In this document: positions 36,661 through 51,361 of the stretch, piece after piece
Numbering within the stretch: position 1 is the first letter of the stretch
Layout: each line of letters starts with the position of its first letter
Assembly: GCF_009834535.1 (NCBI RefSeq)
Contig: NC_045697.1
Span: 5,706,001-5,770,000, forward strand
Direction: 5' to 3'
Length of the DNA stretch: 64,000 nucleotides
Origin: Camelus ferus
Lineage: Eukaryota
The notes under the pieces: model-generated
Databases searched by the model: none
Told to the model about the DNA's origin: nothing
Seen by the model: only the letters and a program-made list of their open reading frames with translations
Position numbers and translations under genes: made by a program

Positions 36661-39600
36661 TCCAAAAAGACATCCCGTCTCAAGGATGCCGTCCAAAGGT
36701 ACAGAAGGACGAGGCGCACTGCAGCGGCACCTCACTCCCGAGCTCCACAAATTACAGACAAAAGGAAGGCACAATATTGACTTGTTGCTTCAACAGCTGG
36801 AAGGCACAATTTCCTTCCTGCCATTCACACACGGAGTCAAAAAAAAGCACAAGGAGATGGCCGGGGTGGGGAGCCACATGGATGCTGCCCGGTCACCAGC
36901 AGGATGTGGAAGATGTTCTGTCCCAGCCAAAGCTGTGACTCACCCCCAAGCAGGGGTGGGGAGCGGGGGGCTGCAGGTCCTCGTCTCCATCCTTCCCTCA
37001 CACATGCAGCTCAAGTACAACCTTTTGCCGGCTCACATCCCCGTTTTCCAAAAGAAAGCCCCCAGCCCTCGACCAGCTGATGCTTCCCACAAGAGAAGCA
37101 TGCATTCAGACACATCAGAAACATAATGGGTGGTAAACGGCCAGGAGAACATTCTGGAAGGGCGAGTACCTTTAGCATTTCCAAAAGCACAAGCCCTCCT
37201 CTTGTGCTAGAAGACAGCCCTGCCCATAAAAGGTTACAAACTCAGTACCATGAGGATCACCTGGAGAGCTTGTTACAATGCCCGTCCTAGGGTCCAGGGT
37301 CCCTGCTAAATCGAACTTCAGGTGGTTCCAACGCCGGCGGCCCCAGGCTGGCTGCCTCCCACACACAGACCCCGCGGTGGGCGCGCAGGGAACCAGGTAA
37401 GCCTGCTTCCTGTTCAGACAGGCGCTGGAGCAAAGGCAGGTCGTTCAGCTATGCAGGTCGGGCCCACGGGTCACACTGGCCAGGTGCCTGGGCTCAGAGC
37501 TCGCTCTGCCTCGCAATGACTGTGACACTGCGCAGGTCACCTGCCAACTGAGTGACCACCTGCAAAGGGCTCGCATCCAGGCATGGCCAGAGAGGCCTCC
37601 CTCAGGAACTGCCATCCAACTCACCCAACAGGCGAGAGTCCCAAGAGCAGCCCGGGAAACGACGCCAGGCCCCCACTCCCGCGGGGCCGGCCGCCCTCTC
37701 GGTCATCCCCGGACGTTCGGAGCCGTCACTGTGAGTGTGCCCAGCGCTAGCGGGGAGGCATCAGGGCGCTCTTCTCCTGCCTGGCACAGAGGGCCTAGAA
37801 AGTCCTGTCCGCACCCAGAGACCTCAGTGCCATCAGTCTGCCTGAGGTGGCTCAGGGGCCACCTGCTTCCCCCAGGTCACCAACTCAGGTTGTTGGGCCT
37901 TTGCATACAAGGGCCACCCCACTCACTCGAAGAGAAGCACAGGCCGGGGAAAGGGGCCTGGACACTGCGACAGAAAAGGAAGGGAAAGCAGAAAAATGAT
38001 GCTTACATGGGGGAGGGCTTGGGGTATGCAGGCCCCCCATATCCGAAGGCTGCTGGGAAGGAGGGGGACTTGTGCCCCTGAGGGCCTTGGGGCTGCAGCT
38101 ACTGGGAAAGGGTTTCAAGTCCACAAAGGAACAGGCTTCTTAGAAGCAGCACAGTGGGTTGCCTGGGGCTGAGAGCATCCCCTGCGAACCTGTCCTCCAG
38201 AAGGAGGTGCCTGGACCTCAGGTGCTACAGCCAAAAGCAGGCTGCCTGGTCCAAGATCTCTGCCTCGGGTCCCCTCGGCTGTAAAGTGCAGATAATAACA
38301 GTGCCTGCCCCGTGAGGTTTCTGAGGATAAAATGAGATCAGAAATGTAACGAGCCTGACCCGGAGTCTGGCCCATGGGAGCGCTCCAGAACTGTTCCATG
38401 CGGCTACTGGCTCGGTATGGAGGGCAGTGGAAACACCAGGAGGTGAGGTTAATCCCAGGAGTCTTCACGGCAGAGGTGATACCTGAGCCGGCACTGGAAG
38501 GCAATGGAAGGGGAATCGGTTCTAAGAATCGGAAGGCAGGTCCGCAGGGAGGCACGTATGGCAGGAGGCATGGTGGGAGGGCACTGGGCTCGCAGACAGA
38601 GTGGTGGGGGGTGACCACCTGGGACCCAACAGCCTCATTTGCAAAAGGGGCTGTGATGCTATGGATCCTAAGGAGGCCACAGATCTGAGTGAACGGACAT
38701 GCCTGGTCCATTTCTGTATGGAACTAGGGAAATGGACCCACTGCAGGGCAACAACCCACTGAGCACCTACTGTATACACCACCTTCTCGGGCATCCCCAG
38801 GAGGCGGGAGTGGGCGGGAGCCACCACAACCCAATCCACTGGGATGGGCACTGATCTTCTGGGCCCTCGGGTTCTGGGCAACTGGAGCCAAGTAACCACA
38901 CAATGGCCCTGCCGTGGCTACCAAGAGCCCTGGTGGCCCATGTGCGTCACCCACACCTTAAACAAGGGACCTGGGGACCTGCATCAGGTGAGCGTGCATG
39001 CAAAGCACAAAGGCCCCTGGAGGCAGGGTTTGGCACACAACTGACACTCAACAGATAAAAGGGACAGCCATTCAAGTGCCACAAAGCTCCTCACTCCATG
39101 GGGACCCAAGATGCTGGGCCCAGGAGAGGCAAAGTTCAAGTTAGGGATGAGAAACCCAGACAGCTCGGATACCCAGACAGTGTCCACCATCAGGATGACG
39201 GCTATTATGACCTTGAAACCGAGGTCACTGCTGCCTGAGCCAGGGGCTGCTCCCAGGGCGTGAACAGGGAGGGCCGTGCAAACAGCAACAGACTTGGCAC
39301 ATGCCAAACTGGCCGGCCAGAGCCAGAGAGAGATGCTGACCTCAGGTCAGTCTGACCCAGTCCCCCGTGAACCTCAAAACAATGGGCTGCCAGGCCAGGA
39401 GGTGCTAGAAGAGCACCCTCCTGAGGCCACCAGCAGAAACTATGGGCATCTCTGTGCCTCAACTTCCCCATCTGTAAAATGGGTTAAACTAACAGCACCT
39501 GCTTCTGGGGGGAGCTGCTGGGAGGACTGGATGAGTGAACACAAGTAAATGCACCCCCAGACACAAAAGGTGGCAACTCCAATGCAATCCTCTGGCCTGG

Positions 39601-40697
39601 CAGGTTTTTCTCCAGCCCCGGGAGGCATCACAGAGAGGTGGGAAGAAGATTGAAAGTCAGATTATGCCTGGGTGCCCACAGTCACCCCACGAAGCCACCT
39701 CGCTGCTCCAGGCATCACTTTCATCTCTTAGCCAGTTCACAGGGCTGCCGTGGAGGTGGAACAGGACGCCGCGTATGCAAAGGGGCTTTGGAAACTGCAG
39801 GGCTGTTGCGGTGAGCAGGCAGCTGTACCCTCAGCAAAAGCAAACAGCTCCCACATCCACGTGGGGGGCAACCAGGGAGCCAGCCGAGGCCAGTCTTCAA
39901 GGCCTGGGTGACACACTGCTGGCTCCCAAATCACTCTTTTGAATCTAGATGAGGGGCCCCATTTTACCATCTCTCATGTTTCCCAAAGAACAAGTTTCCA
40001 GAAGATTCATATCCTAACTTGTTCCTTAACCAACCCAGCTGCCTCCACCCTCTGAGGTCACCCAGACTCAGTGGAAAAGACTGTCCCCAGGCCCAGCTGT
40101 CCCTGCCCTGCCTGAAGAACCATCCAGAGCAAGGCTTCCCTCCCCAGAGCGAGCACTTCCAGCAACCAGGGTACAGGGCCGGCCAAGCCCCACACCCCTG
40201 CATTGTGCCCGGGGTGGTGACGGATGGAGTGTGAACACAAGGGCTCTGGACTGTATGGCCTCTGGATCCTGGCCTTGCCACGAAGAGCTGTGACCACCCT
40301 GTGCCTCAACCTCCCCATCTGCAAAATGGGTGACACAGATAGCACTGACCTCCCGGGGAGGGCTGCTCACATGAGCCCGCAAATGTAAAGGCTCAGCCTG
40401 GCCTTGCACCAGATGAGTTACAGCAGGCTGCTTTTTTATTACTGTCTGCCCCTTCCCAGAGCTGTAGGTAAAGATTTTTAATGTTTGGTAAGTGATCTTC
40501 CATATGTTTCTAACCTTTGTCTAAAAGAAAGTTTAGAAATTTTCCCTGTTATTAAAACTAAGTAATAGGTGATCATTTTGGAAGATAAAAGAAGAAATTT
40601 GTAAAAATCACGAAGTGGGTTTCGCACATGTGGGATCAGCCCAGAGAGACGGTGTCTTATCCTGTTCCCGTCACTCCCTGGTCATCTCTGCAGCTCA

Positions 40698-40916
<219 letters not shown>

Positions 40917-43811
40917 TCAGACACACCTGCCCCAAAAAGAAGGGTATGGGAACCCTCAAGTTCAAAGTCACCATTTGGCCAGGAAGTCTTTGAGAGAATA
41001 GCCACTTCTTAGAAATCTCCTCTGTGCCAAGACTTTCAGAGAAATTACCCATTAATCATCCTGATAGCAGCCCCAGGAGGGAAATATGATAACAGGGGGG
41101 CAGAGAAGTTAAGCTCATTGGCCAAGGCCTCGTACTTAACAGGTGGCAGGGCTTACAGGCATCAGCGGGGCTCCCTTCACTGCCCAGAGCTTCATCAGCC
41201 CAGGTGGTGGGGAGGATGCACTTGGCTTTCCACTCGTCTTTACTGGCGGCCGCCAGGGGTAAATGAGAAGATGCACACGCATTATTCCCCTTCAGGACTA
41301 GGAAGGAGCAGGCAGCCAGCCTTCAGGGAAATTGATCATGGGGAGTCTGTCTGTCTCCACCCTGCTCCCCTCCTCTCTCTGGGTCTCTGCAACAGCCCTT
41401 AAAGGGTCAGCCCGCTCTGTTCCCCCTCCCCTCTGCACTGTGAAGCAGATGTTTTTCCAACCAGCAAACCTGCTCCGCCTCTGCCCAGGGCAAACCCTCT
41501 CCTGCCTCCCCCTTCCCCCCTTTGCCCGCAGCTCTCCCTCCGTGCCCAGCGTGGCAGCCTGTGTGCGTCCCTCCACCAACCCCGGGTGCCTGTCTCTCAG
41601 CAGCGCCTGGGCCTCACCCTGCCATCCTCCAAGCCCACCTGGACCTGAGTAGCCGTGTGATCCTGAGCACACACTTGGTTACTCGGAAACCCCGTGTCCT
41701 GGCCTGTGAAATGGGAGGAAAGCCTGTTGGTTGGGCTACTGTGAAGAAGAGGGACTCCATGAACCCCCGGCCCAGGGGGTACCCCGTCAGCATTCATCAG
41801 CCCAGATTCAGTCGGCCTCTGCCACTAATAGGCTAAGTGACTTCAGGCAAGTTCCTTAAACTCTCTGTGCCTCCATTTCCACATCTGTAAAATGGGGTAA
41901 TAGTGGTAGTTCCCTCCTAACATCAGGACATTAAAGGAGTTGAAAACTGTCAAGCATGCAGGCGGGCGCCTGGTGCATAGCAAGCATTCAACACAGGTCA
42001 GGTGAGCCGGGCCGGCTGCTGCTGCAGCCCTGTGACTACCGGCACTGTCACACCTCCGGAACGTTGGCACTCGGCACAGGTTCAGGTTCACAACCTGAAC
42101 TAGATTATCCGCCCTGGGACACATGGCACCTGGGGCAGATGACATCGCCTCCCTGAACCCCGGCTGGGAGAAACATGCTACTGCTATTCAGGTTAGGAGA
42201 TGTCTTGTGCGAGGCTGGTTCCAAGCAGGGCAGAGCTAGAGGCCCTGCCAAGACTTCTGCATTCTGGGGAACTGTGCGACCTTGGGCATGTCCCAGAAGT
42301 TCTCTGAGACTTGGTTTCCTCATCTGCGACCTCAGGAATCTTCTAGCTCAACAGTCACTCCCTGCGAGACTCCCACCGCTGGAGCATCCCTGCCAGCTGC
42401 CCCCAGGGATGGGGGACCCACCAGGTGAAACCTGCTGCCTGGGCTACTCCAGGATGGCCTGAAACCCTCCTCCCCAGTATAAGCCAACCGTGTGCCAGAT
42501 GGTTCTGGAATGGAACAGACTGAGGACAAAAGAGGAGGCTGAGGCTGCATGGAGGGAATCACCTGACAAAGGTGCTGCATGGGGACACGGTGTTCCTGGC
42601 ACCAGCCACTACCACTCTAGGGCTGAGGCAGGAGGGGAAGGTGGGGACAGTGGCACCAGGCTGTGCAAACTGGGCAAGTCTGACACCTTGACAGGGAAGG
42701 GGGAGGCGAGACAGAAGCTGAGGCCTCAGGCAGCCCAGCCCTCCTGCAAAGCCTCTTTTGGGCCGTCAATGCTTCAGAGTGGCCCCACGTGGCCTGGGTG
42801 CACAGGTGTGAGCAGCTGAGCCTCTTTTCTTGAAATGAAGCACCTGCTGCAGCCTCCCTCCTGCCCCTATCCCCGCCCCACTACCCAAACACAGACCAGA
42901 GTTGGGAATCACAACCACTTTGCAGAGCTGAGTTAGTCTCTCCAAGGACCCACCATGGGAATAAACAAATCTTCCAGAAAGATAGGACCCACTGCAGGGA
43001 CATTCCCCCATCCCTACCCTGCCCTGTGGCCAGCAATCACCAACATGCTGGAATAAACGACAAGCCCTGAGTCACAACCTCCCTGCCAGGGACTAAATGA
43101 AACAATAAACGCGGAGACCCTTCAGGGAACTGAGTGAGCTAACCCGAGGCTGCGGTGGTTTTAAGCAGCAGCAAGATTATCAGAATGGATGCGTGTTGAT
43201 TATTTTAGGTTTGAGTTTTACAATATAATTGTCTAGGCTCTTCAACATCTTTTAGCATTAACTCTGGAAAATATGGCTCTTAATGGACAGGAACTACTTA
43301 ATTGCGTGCTGTATTTAAGGAAAGAGGGGGTGCTTCTTTAAATTCAGCACAAAGAAAAACCCCGCTCTGAGAAGAGGATGATGAATGGTTGTCCCCAGTT
43401 ACACTGAGGAGCACAAGTGCTTATTTGGAGATTTCACAAAAGGAACAAAGAGAGGAAGGAGGCGGTGTAGGAGCGCGCACCCTGCCGCATTTACCAGCGG
43501 TGTGGGAGGGGCGGGCAGAGAGGGTAAAGAAGGGGATTCAGCCCCTAAGGAGGGTCCATCTGGCCAAGGAAAGGGGCCTCCCCACCGCAAAGGGCAAATC
43601 GGGCTGGAATTGCATCACCTGTGAAGGCGTGAGGGGCAGCCGCGCCGCCCCTGGGCTCATCCCGGAACCCGAGCTCCGGGTACCGCGGGGCTGGGATAAG
43701 CAGGGCTGGGTTGGCGGCGGTGGGGCCAGTGCCCGCTCTTGGACAAGATTCCCACGAAAATCAGGAAAGGACCTTTACCTACGGCGTTCCACTGTCAGGA
43801 TGAAGCTTTCA

Positions 43812-44327
<516 letters not shown>

Positions 44328-44553
44328 TCACCCGCTGGACAAGAGCGCGGGGCGCGGGGCGCACCGCGGCCGGGGAGGAGGCACCGCCCCTGCCGGCGGG
44401 TCTAGCGCGTCCCCAGTCCTGGCGCCGCTGCGCCAGAGACCCGCCAGGGGACCCCAGTCCCTCCCACCCGGGGGGCTGCGCGGCCCCCGGACCCCGCTCC
44501 TCGGCGGGAGGGCCCAGCCTCGGCGCCCCGAGGCCCCGCGGGCCTGCACTCAC

Positions 44554-44640
44554 CCCACGCCCGGCTCCGGCAGGTCTGAGCTCCGAGCGCGCTCCGAGCC
44601 TCCGCGTCGCCCGCTCCGGCTCGCAGCAATGGCGGAGGCG
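44554..44640 (-). other. NSG1: Probable non-coding first exon of NSG1 (5' boundary approximate)
   Basis: GGG|gtgagt donor at 44553 lies downstream of the CCAAT/GC boxes. A second candidate donor CGG|gtgaga is at 44331. Confidence 0.55.
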
Positions 44641-46343
44641 GCGCCGCGCGCGGGGCCGGGGCGGGGGCGCCGCGCGATTGGGCTCCCTCCTCCCGCTCGC
44701 CGCCTCCCTTCCTGCTGCTCCCGGGGGTTAACTGCGCGCGGTGAGTGTGTGCGTGTGGCGGCGGCAGCCTTGACGCAGCGCGCGCGCCGGCCGCACAAAG
44801 GAGCGCGGGGGAGCGCTCCCCACGGGCCCCGCGGCCGCGCCAACCTGCAGATGGGGGCGCTGCTAGGAGCGGGGTGGGATCGCGCTCCGGAGGGGAGGCT
44901 CGGAGCTGCGGGAGGGTTCCCCAGGGCTGGAGGCTGGGACGGGGGGGGGAAAGAGGGGTGCGGGCTATGCAACCGTGGGGCGGCGGCGGCGGCCCGGGCG
45001 CAAGGCGATTCGAAGCGAGAAAGGGGCGCGGGGGTTGGGGGTAGATCCTAGGGATGGAGCTGTCCCCAAAAGTGGGGGAAAAGGTCACCCGCTGACAGCC
45101 GAGCCGATCTGGGAGTCCTGACGAATAGTGAAGGGTCCTGGGGGGAGGGTTCCAGGAGGCGGTGGGCGGTGGCAGAGACCAGAGCGGAGCTTGCCTGGGT
45201 TGGGGAGAGGGCTACAAAAAGAGGGCGTGTCCCTATTGAAAGGAGGTTCGGATGGGAATGGAGGGGGGAGATTGGTGGCGCAGGATGTGGGGGGAGCGCT
45301 CTCCAGAGCTGGGATGGTGTCCGGGTTTGAGGGGTTCGCCCAGGGTATCTGAAGGGAAGATATTCAGGGCAAAGAGAGGGCTCCGAGTGCCCTATTGGAG
45401 GGTTTCTCTGGTCCAGTCGGCTGGAGTATCCAGGGCGCAGAGAACGGGAGGCCTGGGACGAAGAGGGAGTTTCTAACCTGATCCTCTGCGCTCTCTCCCC
45501 TCAGCGGGGCCACTGTCGCAGCTGCCCAGATTAGGGCCCCACTTTACAGACTTCCAGCCAGCCCTGCCCACAGGACCCCCCAGGGGGAAAACTGCGGGGG
45601 TGCGGGCACAAGACCAGGAGCCAGAGGAAGGCTGCTGCTGGGGAAGGGGAACCTCCCCTGGCCCCTAAGTGCTGCTGGGGCCCGGCCAGGGCACGAGTAA
45701 GTGTCCTCCAGGGTCTTACTTTACCACCCTTTGTCTAGTTCTGCTTTGCTTGGCTGATGACCTGAGACCCAGCGTTTTCCATCAGCCACGTGAGAACCAT
45801 GAGAGACCCCCTCACCAGAGACCATGACCCCGCAAGCCCTAGGAATATTCCTAGAGACCAGGAACAGCCCCTGCCGGCCCAGCCTAGGAACCTGGCCCTG
45901 GGGGCCCGGATTTCAAATTCCCCAGGAACCCATCCCCCCTCCTTACACAGATGAGGTACGTGGATTCCTCTTAGCTGGCCCCAGGTCCCCAGCAGGGTCC
46001 AAGTGGGCCTTTGACCACAGGGCAGCCTAGTGGGTCCCAGGCTCTTGGCCCAGGGAGGGCAGATGTCCCAGGCATTGGCCACTGCCACCGGCCTTGGGGC
46101 TTGGCCTCATCATCCTCTGGCAAAGGCCCTTGGAACGGAGGACGGGGACTGATGAGGCATCTGTGTGTGGTCCCGGTTCTTCCCACAGCAGGTGAGGAGG
46201 AGCAGCTAGCACCCCCACCCCCGGTGCTGGCCTAGCTTCGTCCCTGGCCAGACTAAGCTCACAGATGAGGAGAAACATGGGCTTCAGGGAGCGGATAGCT
46301 TTGTCCTCATCCTAGGTGCCAGCGTTTTACAGACTCCAACACA

Positions 46344-46344
<1 letters not shown>

Positions 46345-46412
<68 letters not shown>
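46345..46412. repeat. Perfect (AC)34 microsatellite
   Basis: Directly visible uninterrupted dinucleotide run. Confidence 0.97.
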
Positions 46413-46416
<4 letters not shown>

Positions 46417-46934
46417 TACAGTCACAACCCCACACCAGGAGCTGCAGAGTGGGCCTCCTGGACCCTGTGTGGACCCTGTTCCCCTTCAAAGTCTTCGTCA
46501 GCTGAGAAGCACATGGACAAGAAAGCCCACAGCTGTCCCGGAGACGGCAGCAGACCGTCACCGTGCCGCTTGCGTCCTTTTCACACTGTCCTAGTTTTCA
46601 CTGGCGCTGGTCACTGGGACTTTGCAGCTTCGTTCCGTGTGGGTGTTTTTGTGGGTTCTCAGGCAGCACCAGACCCTGGGAAAAGCACACACAGGCCATG
46701 CAATGAATAGGACACACAGCCAGCCCACCAGCAGCTGATGGATGAGGAAGATGAAATGACAAGTCTTTGGGCAGAGCAGAGGGTCCACTGGAGGAAGCGG
46801 CCATTTCCACTGCGGAGGGGAGAGGACAGGAGACTGTGGTTAAAGTGTGAAATCCACAGGGGGTCCCCAGGGGGCAGAGCGGGCAACACACGCAGGGAGG
46901 AAGGCCTCCCAGGTCCGGACAGGATGTGCAGGCA

Positions 46935-47308
46935 GACATCAGTCTCTCGGGGCTGCCGTAACGAACTCCCTCAACCTGGGGGGCTTCAAACAACAGAAGT
47001 GTATTGTCTCACAGCTCTGGAGGCCAGATCCGAGATCAAGGTGTCAGCCAGGCCACACTCTTTGCAGGGGCTGTAGTCAAGAATCTGTTCCTGCCTCTGC
47101 CAGCTTCTGGTGGCCCCAGTCGGTACTTGACTAATGGCTGCATCACTCCAATCTCTGCCCCTGTAGTCAACACTGTCCCCTCCCCTCCTCTCTGTGTCTC
47201 TTATAAGGGCACTTGTCATCAGGTCTCAGGGCCACTCGGATGAATATTCACAGATTCTAAGGGTTAGATTTGGATGTCTTTGGAGGGGGCATCACTGAGC
47301 CAACTACA
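46935..47308 (-). mobile_element. MaLR LTR (MLT1 family)
   Basis: tctcacagctctggaggccaga...gatcaaggtgtcagc and tcttataagggcacttgtcat, typical antisense MLT1. Confidence 0.8.
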
Positions 47309-47727
47309 GGTGTCCAGCCTGCAAGGGGGCAGTCATTTGGGGAACTCAACCTCAGGGATGCAGATGGTCCTGAGAGGGGCAGGGTCTTGGCTAGCAAATA
47401 GGTTGAAGAGGCAACAGTCAAAGAACTGGGATCAAGTGAAGCTGCGATGGTGGTTGTGGGGCAAACAGATTGAAGGTGTTTTACAGTGTACACAGACTGA
47501 AATCAGCAGGACTGGCTCTTCCCTTAGACCCATTTCACCCTTGGGCTAGCAGTCTGTAACTCCTGGTGTCTCGCAGGATTTTTGACATCTGCTTGGTTTT
47601 TCTAAACGGCTCTTTTAGGGACACTTCTAGGCTTACGACTCAATGACATCACTGCTTACGTGACTGCTGTAACCCCCACCCCCATCTTCCCTCCACAGGG
47701 CAGGGCAGCCAGCTGCTTCTCCCCGTA

Positions 47728-47915
47728 CCAGCTACTATCTACAAAATAGATAAACAACAAGGTCCTGCCGTAGAGCACAGGGAACTACATTCAATATCAT
47801 GTAATAGCCTATAATGAAAAAGAATAGGAAAAGGAATATACATGTGTGTAACTGAGTCTCGATGCCATACATGAGAAATTAACACAACATTGTAAACTGA
47901 CTGCACTCTAAAAAG
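47728..47915 (+). mobile_element. Short LINE-1 3' end (artiodactyl-type)
   Basis: aaaatagataaacaacaaggtcctg...agcacagggaactacattca, near-identical to 55410-55580. Confidence 0.85.
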
Positions 47916-50733
47916 AGGATATCATTTTAAAAAGACCCTGTCATTTCCACGTCCTGGCCCCCTGGCGACTTCCCTTGTCCCTCTGGTTGGGGCCCAGACT
48001 GCCACAGCAGGAGGCAGTGACAGTCTGATTTCCAACCCTGTCTCTCCCACTTCTAGCTAGGTGTCTTTGGACAAGTCGCCTAACTTCTCTGTGCCTCAGT
48101 TTCTTCATCTATAAAATGGAAATTGTAATAGTATCTCTATCATAGTGTTGTGGGAATCAAATGAGCTATTATATTTTTTAAAAAACCGGCAGTGCCTGCC
48201 TTGCTGTTATTACAGCTTTGACCTCTAATTAGGCACCCTGTGGTTTATGTAGCCTATGCCGAGCCAGGGGGACGTGGTGGAGGCTTGTCTTGTGTGTAGG
48301 ATTAGTGCTCAGGCTGACTAAGGAGGCCCTCCCCCAGGTCCTGATGAGCCTCTTTGTAGCTCAGGGAAGTAAATGCCTAGTCCCAGGCCACAGTGCCACG
48401 CGGAGTGCTCCCCCAGCCGGCTTCCCCATAACCAGCCTGGTCCCCAGCACAAGAGCAAACCCTGACGGAAAATTTCATCTTCCACTTCTCCATCTCCCGT
48501 GCCTAGAACAGGGCCTGGCATGCGGTGAGTACTCAGGAACTGGATGTTAAGCAGAATAGGCAGCCACTCATTTTACATTCATGGCAGATTCAGGCATTTA
48601 AATGTCAGGTTTGTAAAGCCAAGTTCAAGTGTGTAGTGAGAAAATTCACAGTCTAATTCAAGCTGGAGGCGGGGTATCCCATAGCATCATTGAGCCTTTC
48701 TCCTTCCTAAGTTTAACTCTGCTGCACATGCTCATCTCTAAATGCCAGACCTTATTTTAAAATGTGTAACGTACAGACGAAATCATAAATACGGTGATTT
48801 TCCTGATTTTAGTGTTTCAGTTATCTTTGTATTCCCCAGCCCTCAGCACATATTAGGGACTCAGGAAAAGGTTAAGAAATGAGTGATGTTTTTGGTTCTT
48901 TTGTACTTGTAGGAACAGAGTAAACGGGATTCTGGGGCTCCAAGTCATTTGGCAACCTCTTACGTTTTTAAGAGAACTCTGTGTGTGTGTATTTATTTTT
49001 TCTGGGTTTTAGGCGTCTTGGGGTTTTTTTGTTTGTCGTTGCCTACAAGGTCCTAATGATCCACTCAGCAGTTCCTAATTTTCCCCCAATATTTCTAAGA
49101 TCAACCTTACCTTAGCTGTGAGGCCCTTGGCCTTGGTGGGGGTGTGGGAATCAGGGGCTGCATAGCTCTGGCGAGTGGCCCTCTCCAGGTCTCAGTTTCC
49201 TCATCTACAAATCAAGGGAGTAATCACAAAGATTTTCTTTTTTCAGCTCCAAGATCTAGGAGATAAGAAAAGTTGTTTTTTAAAATGTTCCCCATTTGAG
49301 CCCCATTTTTGGCTTTGAGGTCAGAGCATTGCCGTTTTGGGTGATCAATGGTCATAAAGTCAGCAGAAGTTTTTTTGGTTTGTTTTTGTTTTTCCAGTTG
49401 GGTAACTGTCTCCAAGATGCTGGTAGCTCCAAATTCCTATGCTTTGCACAACCCAGGTTGCTTTCAGATGTTCAGATCTATCCAACCCCAAAATCAGGGA
49501 CATCAGAGTAGAAAACTATTTCAGACAAGGAACATGGCTGTCTAGTGGAAGGAAACTAAAAGGCTCTCTAGTGACCTCAAGGTTTTCCAGGGCAGCAGGG
49601 AGGGAGGGAGCGGGGAAGAAGGAGCAGCAGCCTTCAGCCCCGCCTTCCCATCCCCAACCCCCGCAAGGGGCAGGGAGCAGATGGAGGGGAGGGAGCGGCA
49701 CCTGCAGTTCTAAGGAGCACCTCCCTCAGTTGCCTTTTATTTTGATGGTGGGGGGGCGGGGGTCAAGTTCAGAAGATAAAACCCCACCATCTTCCTTCCT
49801 GGGGAGGAAATTCAGATCCAGCGACAAGGTATCTTAGGATCTAGGGTTTTCAGAGGTTGAATCATCCTCTGGCTCCACACCCTCCTTTTACATTTTACAG
49901 CAGGGAATACCAAGGCTGGCAGGGAGTCAGGTGCACTGTCATTGGCCACTCAGCAGAGAAGTTGAACCTGTCCCCGGGACTTTCAGCCTGTTCATTCCCC
50001 CAGGGAGCCAGGGCAGCGAACTCACAGACCAGGCAGACTCCCTCCCCCAACACCGCCTCCCAGGCACCCTCTTAGTCCTCCAGACCAGCTCCCACCATCC
50101 CAGCCTCTCTCCAGGCCCACAGACACCATGTCTTACTTCAGCATCGTCTGGCCAGTGGTCCCCTTGCCCCCTCAGGCTGGCCCTGTCCCTTGAAGAAGGT
50201 CACTCAGGAGCCCACTCACCTCTCCCTGCCTTCCTGCTGGTCCAGAAACGTTCCCAGCTCCCCACCACCCTCTCTGGCTATTGGACCACTTCTTCTGGGC
50301 CCCACACCCTGGCCACACCTTTGCGAACAATCCCTCCTCAAATGATCTCACTTTAGGGGGCATCTGCCACATTGTGATGTCTTGACTGGTCCAGATGCCA
50401 AGGGAGGGCTTTTTTGCTCCCACCTGGACCCTCCCGGGAGCCTCCACCTGCCCCATCCTCCCGGGGGAAGAACTTGAGGAGGAGGAAGATAAAACGCTTT
50501 ATCTGCCATTATCTTCTTTATCTTTTTAGCTTCACAAAAATTCCAGAGTGGATGGGGCAGGTATTGTCACACCCAATCTGCAGACAAAGGCACCATGACA
50601 ATAGTTGAAAGTGCCCATATTGACAATAGTAAAGGTGCAGTGGATGCTGACAAGGGCTCTCTAGGCCCTGACCCTTAATCCCCCTAAACCACCATCTGGG
50701 TTTGGTTCTATTATTCCAAGTCTCAGATGAGAC

Positions 50734-51361
50734 TGTTAGAGCAGGCAGACAGCTAGATATGAGCAGAGAGAGGGGGGCACAGGCCAAATGGCAGGAAGTG
50801 GGCAGAAAGGAGGGGCACAGGCCAAATGCAGGAAACCATATATCATGTAAGCACCAGAGATCCCTGGGCAGATAAAGAAAAGCAGGAACCTCTGGGCTGA
50901 TAAGTGGTCACAGCTTTTGGAGTGAAGAGTGGCCTGGAGGCCAACAAAGATAGGTGAGAAAAAGCAGGAATCTCCAGTGTCCGAATGTAACTTTTGCTCA
51001 TTATGCCCTCATTTTGATAAAATTAGCCTTGCAGATTAGAAGCACCCATCATGCACTGATGCCGTGACACTTCCGATCCAGACTAAATAAGGACAAAAAT
51101 CCCTCCTCCCTTGGGATGAAAATTCGGGAATCCAACCCCAACCCTTCCCTCCCCAGTGAATATTCCGCCCACTCGTTTTTACACCCTGTAACAAACTTGC
51201 CAAAGAAACTCAGGGCAGCCGCTCCCCTGAGCCTGCCCGCCCTTGAGACTGTACTATCCATCCCTTAGTCAACCCTCACTTTGCTTCTGAACCACTGCGC
51301 CTTGTCTCTGAGTTCTGGGACAGGACAAGAACCTGGAAACTGGTTACATCTACCAGGAACA
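50734..51361 (+). mobile_element. ERV1-type solo LTR with 4-bp target-site duplication AGAC
   Basis: agac|TGTTAGAG...GGAACA|agac; internal U3 direct repeat ggggcacaggccaaatg(g)caggaa; 628 bp long. Confidence 0.8.

Noticed and set aside
42284..42293. p53 half-site GGGCATGTCC (also GGACATGCCT at 38695-38704); NSG1 is a reported p53 target
   Set aside because: Isolated decamers with no adjacent second half-site; the first lies within MIR-like sequence.
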